From assembly GCA_002254545.1 (NCBI GenBank), contig NJEA01000003.1, forward strand, positions 1-38,077: a stretch of DNA of 38,077 nucleotides. The letters run 5' to 3'. This DNA is from Candidatus Aenigmarchaeota archaeon ex4484_224. GTDB taxonomy: Archaea > Aenigmatarchaeota > Aenigmatarchaeia > CG10238-14 > EX4484-224. Below, piece after piece: positions 35,701-38,077 of the stretch. Position numbers and translations under genes: made by a program. The notes under the pieces were generated by a model, which did not search any database, was not told the DNA's origin, and saw nothing but the letters and a program-made list of their open reading frames with translations. Within the stretch, counting starts at the first letter, position 1, and the number at the start of each line of letters is the position of its first letter.

Positions 35701-36145
35701 GCATAGAAATTATAACTTCTGGGATCATTGGTAAATAAATTCCAACAACATCTCCTTTTTTAACTCCTAGCTTCTTTAAAGCATTAGCAAGTTTATTAAC
35801 TTCTTTATATAGTTGATAGTAAGTATAAATCCTTGGTCTTTCATTTGTTGGCTCTGGCTCCCAAATAAAAGCAACTTTATTTTTTCTTCCAAGTTCAAAA
35901 TTTCTTTCAAAAATGTTATAAGTAATATTCGTTTTGCCTCCAACAAACCAATGAAAGTAAGGAGGTTTATGAACAAATATTTTATTCCATTTTTTAAACC
36001 AAACCAATTCCTTTGCAACTTTTTCCCAAAATTTAATTGGATTTTTTTGAGCTTCTTTGTAAATTCTAGGAGAAGATATCCAAGCTTTTTTTCTTAAAGA
36101 TTTAGAAGGATAAAACAAATTCCCCTTTTTAATCATTTTTTCCAT
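32714..36145 (-). CDS. acs: Acetyl-CoA synthetase (AMP-forming), intein-containing
   Basis: LACARIGAIH.VVF, YTSG|TTGKPKG, STADIGWITGH, GSVGEPIN, DTWWQTETGG, GRLDD..KVAGHR, LPKTRSGKIMRR. The extein is 643 aa after removing the 500-aa insert. Confidence 0.95.
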   Translation of the reverse strand: MEKMIKKGNLFYPSKSLRKKAWISSPRIYKEAQKNPIKFWEKVAKELVWFKKWNKIFVHKPPYFHWFVGGKTNITYNIFERNFELGRKNKVAFIWEPEPTNERPRIYTYYQLYKEVNKLANALKKLGVKKGDVVGIYLPMIPEVIISMLACARIGAIHTVVFSAFSSKALQIRLNDTQAKFLITADGYYRRGKLINLKEKADEGIKGTKVKKVIVVKRANNKVKMKKGRDYWYHELIENEEDYCEPKKLDAEDIAFILYTSGCVKGDTLVQTSSGKILPIKELNKKEGILSFDLNKLTSKVDGIKDLHSYFWPLPLYKIYTSFGMIELTPSHPLFVLNENLEIEEKEASQIEGGDVLILPIPKIEGKEVFLEIPKVKKIIKKVKLPRRLDENLAELIGYFAGDGNFSENCLVLTDKDVENLKHYNKIIRKVFGTEGKIKKEDRQRLLFCSKLVKEFIKVNFPEICKKSKEREVPQKIQVSKNEIIRGFIRGFFDAEGTVSKSSVKIVSTSKVLIEQIKLLLLRLGILSSYYERNAKTKFKDKIYRIKVFSLRISDKENLKRFYEKIGFNDKKKKLKLEKLLEIERKGSTNIEILKIDKLLKEVLKEVKLPKKLIHSLGMDGYKLGYRKIKRKNLVKILDFLDLIEKRILGEKRINKKVLLLRLSLEEIAKKTGYSKNSVHKFLYEPSSKFKKKIEKLLEEREREVLRKIKEWKEKILKIINAEAFFVRVKKVEVGKFEERFIYDITSFSNSSYIANGFFVHNTTGKPKGIVHAVGGYMVQAYITAKWIFDLHDNDIFWSTADIGWITGHTYSCYGPLLNGATFIIYEGALDWPTPERWAQIMEKYGVTIFYTAPTAVRMFEKYDGQVVRKFSFKTLRLLGSVGEPINEEAWYWFFKEVGKERCPIVDTWWQTETGGVLLTSLPGIGPFKPTYAGLPFPPVKFEILDEKGKPIKKAKKEGSLVILKPFAPGMLRGVYRNPERYFKTYWSRFGEEIYYTSDGAFKDKNGLIKITGRLDDVLKVAGHRLSTAELENAITKHYAVNECAIVGAPHEIKGEVPIAFVVLRFGRPNEKMKEEIIQQVVKEIGPIAKPYKVYFVEDLPKTRSGKIMRRILKRMLIGQELGDISTLANPESIEKIRKIVGK
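33860..35359 (-). mobile_element. Intein with LAGLIDADG homing endonuclease (500 aa)
   Basis: Block A CVKGDTLV; block B LTPSHPLF; LAGLIDADG LAELIGYFAGDG and FIRGFFDAEG; block F IYDIT...SYIANGFF; block G VHN followed by Thr(+1). Confidence 0.95.
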
Positions 36146-36180
36146 GATAAAGTAATTTGAAATTTCTATTTAATAAAGAT

Positions 36181-37041
36181 TCAATAGTTTAAATTCTCTT
36201 TTATAACCCTAGGAATTTCTTGAATTAAATCACTAGCTAAAAAAGATTCTTTCAATTTTTCAGAAGCATATTCTCCAGCTTTTCCATTTAACCAAGCTCC
36301 TGCACAAGCTGAAATTAATGGACTAATTTTTCTAGCTAAAAAAGTTCCTACAATTCCAGCTAATGTATCTCCAGTTCCACCAACAGTCATGTAAGGATTT
36401 CCAGTTTTGTTTATAAAAACTTCATTTCCATCAGAAATTACATCGATATATCCTTTTAGTAAAATTGTTGTTTGATATTTCAAAGCAAATTCTTTAACTA
36501 AAGAAATTCTTTCTTCTAAATTTTCAGTAACTTTTTGCTTTGTTAAAACAAAAAATTCGTAAGAATGAGAAGTAATCACAAAAGGTTTTCTTTTAATTAA
36601 ATCTAAATTTTCAGAAATTGCATAGATAGCATCAGCATCTATAACAGATGGAACTTTAATTCTTTTAAGAAATTCTTGAATAAATTCGATTACCTCTTTT
36701 CTTCTTGTCATTCCTCCTCCTATAACCAAAGCATCAAAATTTGGAAAGGTTTCAAAAATTTCATCTATATGAGAAATAGAGAAATAATCTCCTTTTAAAG
36801 GATATACTATTAAATCTGGACTAAAACTTGCTATTAAATTTGCTGCTCTTTCTACAGAAGCAACAAAAACTAAATCGACTCCAGCTCTATAAGCAGCTAA
36901 AGCATTAAATGTTGGAGAACCATGATATAGTTTGCTTCCTCCAATTACCAAAACTTTTCCATAATTTCCCTTTCTATCCCAAGCTTTTCTTTTTGGATAT
37001 ACTTGTTTTAAAAATGAAGAAGTAATTTCTTTTGCTTTCAT
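36181..37041 (-). CDS. nnrD: NAD(P)H-hydrate dehydratase (YjeF C-terminal/NnrD)
   Basis: KGNYGKVLVIGGS..Y.G, VIDADA, LLKG..DVI, GNPYMTVGGTGDTLAG. Confidence 0.9.
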   Translation of the reverse strand: MKAKEITSSFLKQVYPKRKAWDRKGNYGKVLVIGGSKLYHGSPTFNALAAYRAGVDLVFVASVERAANLIASFSPDLIVYPLKGDYFSISHIDEIFETFPNFDALVIGGGMTRRKEVIEFIQEFLKRIKVPSVIDADAIYAISENLDLIKRKPFVITSHSYEFFVLTKQKVTENLEERISLVKEFALKYQTTILLKGYIDVISDGNEVFINKTGNPYMTVGGTGDTLAGIVGTFLARKISPLISACAGAWLNGKAGEYASEKLKESFLASDLIQEIPRVIKENLNY

Positions 37042-37142
37042 AAAAACAAATTTAAAATTTTCAAATAAATTTTTTTAAACTTTTGTCAAAAAACTTTTAA
37101 AATTTAAGTAGAAGTTTTTTCAAAAATAAAATAAGTGAGAAA

Positions 37143-38077
37143 ATGAAAACAAAAGTAAAAGTTGCTGTAAACGGAGTAGGAACAATAGGAAAAAGAGTTG
37201 CTTATGCAGTAAAATTGCAAAAAGATATGGAATTAAAAGCACTAATAGGATATTCACCAAATCCAATTCTAAGAAATCAATTAGAACCAAATGGTCCTTT
37301 GTATGGAACTGAATTATGGGCTACTGATAAAGAAGCATTAAAAAGATTACAAGAAGGTGGAATGTTTGTTCATGGAACTTTAGAAGAATTGCTAAGAAAT
37401 GGAGCAGTAGATATAATAGTAGATGCAACTCCTGCAGGAGTTGGAAGATGGTACAGAGATAATGTTTATTCAAAGTTTGGAGTAAAAGCAATTTTTCAAG
37501 GAGGAGAAAAATCAGATGTTGGTGAAATGAGTTTTAATGCAATAGTAAACTATGAAGAAGCTTTAGGAAAGCAGTTTGTAAGAGTTCCAAGCTGCAATAC
37601 AACTGGATTAATAAGAACTTTGCATGCAATAGATTCAAAAATTGGAATAGAATATGCTTTTGTCGCTTTAGCTAGAAGAGCTGCAGATCCTTGGGAATAT
37701 AGAAAGGGGCCAATAAATGCTGTTGAATTTACAAAAGTCCCTTCTCACCATGCTCCAGATGTAAAAACAGTTTTAAAACATTTAAACATTTTTTCAATGG
37801 CAATAAAAATACCAACAACTTTGGCTCATACTCATATAGTTGAAGTAACAACAAAAAAAGAAACTAGTAAAGAAGAAGTTATAGAAGCTTTTGAGAAACA
37901 AACAAGAGTGATTTTGTTAGATATAGAAGATTATCCATCTACTTCATTAATAATAGAAAAGTTTAGAGATTACTTAAGACCAAGATATGATATGTATGAA
38001 ATTGTTGTTTTAAGAGATTCAATAAATGTTGAAGGAAGAAAAGTAAGATGGTTCCATGTTGTTCACCAAGAAGCTGA
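37143..38077 (+). CDS. gap: Archaeal-type (class II) phosphorylating glyceraldehyde-3-phosphate dehydrogenase (runs off the window)
   Basis: Not in the ORF track. MKTKVKVAVNGVGTIGKRVA...DATPAGVG...IFQGGEK...RVPSCNTTGL...RRAADP...GPINA...PSHHAPDVKTV...VHQE. Confidence 0.96.
   Translation, partial: MKTKVKVAVNGVGTIGKRVAYAVKLQKDMELKALIGYSPNPILRNQLEPNGPLYGTELWATDKEALKRLQEGGMFVHGTLEELLRNGAVDIIVDATPAGVGRWYRDNVYSKFGVKAIFQGGEKSDVGEMSFNAIVNYEEALGKQFVRVPSCNTTGLIRTLHAIDSKIGIEYAFVALARRAADPWEYRKGPINAVEFTKVPSHHAPDVKTVLKHLNIFSMAIKIPTTLAHTHIVEVTTKKETSKEEVIEAFEKQTRVILLDIEDYPSTSLIIEKFRDYLRPRYDMYEIVVLRDSINVEGRKVRWFHVVHQEA

Noticed and set aside
21109-36097. Remaining short track ORFs inside gatD, glmS, mtaB and acs
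   Set aside because: They overlap confident genes, and their F/S/I/L-rich composition is typical of the reverse complement of Lys/Glu-rich coding DNA.
37085-37122. Inverted repeat AAAAAACTT...AAGTTTTTT upstream of gap
   Set aside because: Low-complexity A/T arms are expected by chance at this base composition.
1-38077. CRISPR array or cas operon
   Set aside because: I saw no regularly spaced direct repeats and no cas genes other than the solo Cas4-like domain.

Overview
Low-GC, very compact archaeal chromosome segment. The gene content and tight packing suggest a DPANN archaeon, possibly Aenigmarchaeota-like; this is inference only. The backbone is housekeeping: archaeal SAM synthetase (partial), tRNA-Gly(CCC), L18e-L13-S9, rpoN-rpoK, ArgRS, deoxyhypusine synthase, a divergent PGI, YchF/Obg-family GTPase, gatD, gatE, a hexosamine/nucleotide-sugar operon, an MtaB-like methylthiotransferase, acetyl-CoA synthetase with a 500-aa LAGLIDADG intein, NnrD and archaeal GAPDH (partial). 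Two loci stand out. (1) 1280-5486, next to the tRNA: a divergent gene pair that both appear to derive from family-B DNA polymerase but lack polymerase catalytic motifs. One keeps an intact-looking DEDDy 3'-5' exonuclease plus thumb and PIP-box-like tail. The other appears to fuse a thumb-like region to a Cas4/RecB-like PD-(D/E)XK nuclease. (2) 12260-19922: a bidirectional cluster of two unannotated membrane microproteins, a coiled-coil protein, a TIM-barrel metalloenzyme with a large helical insert, two tandem MNT-HEPN fusions, a pair of paralogous alpha/beta proteins and a Yip1-like membrane protein. All calls come from motif recognition by eye; no searches were run.
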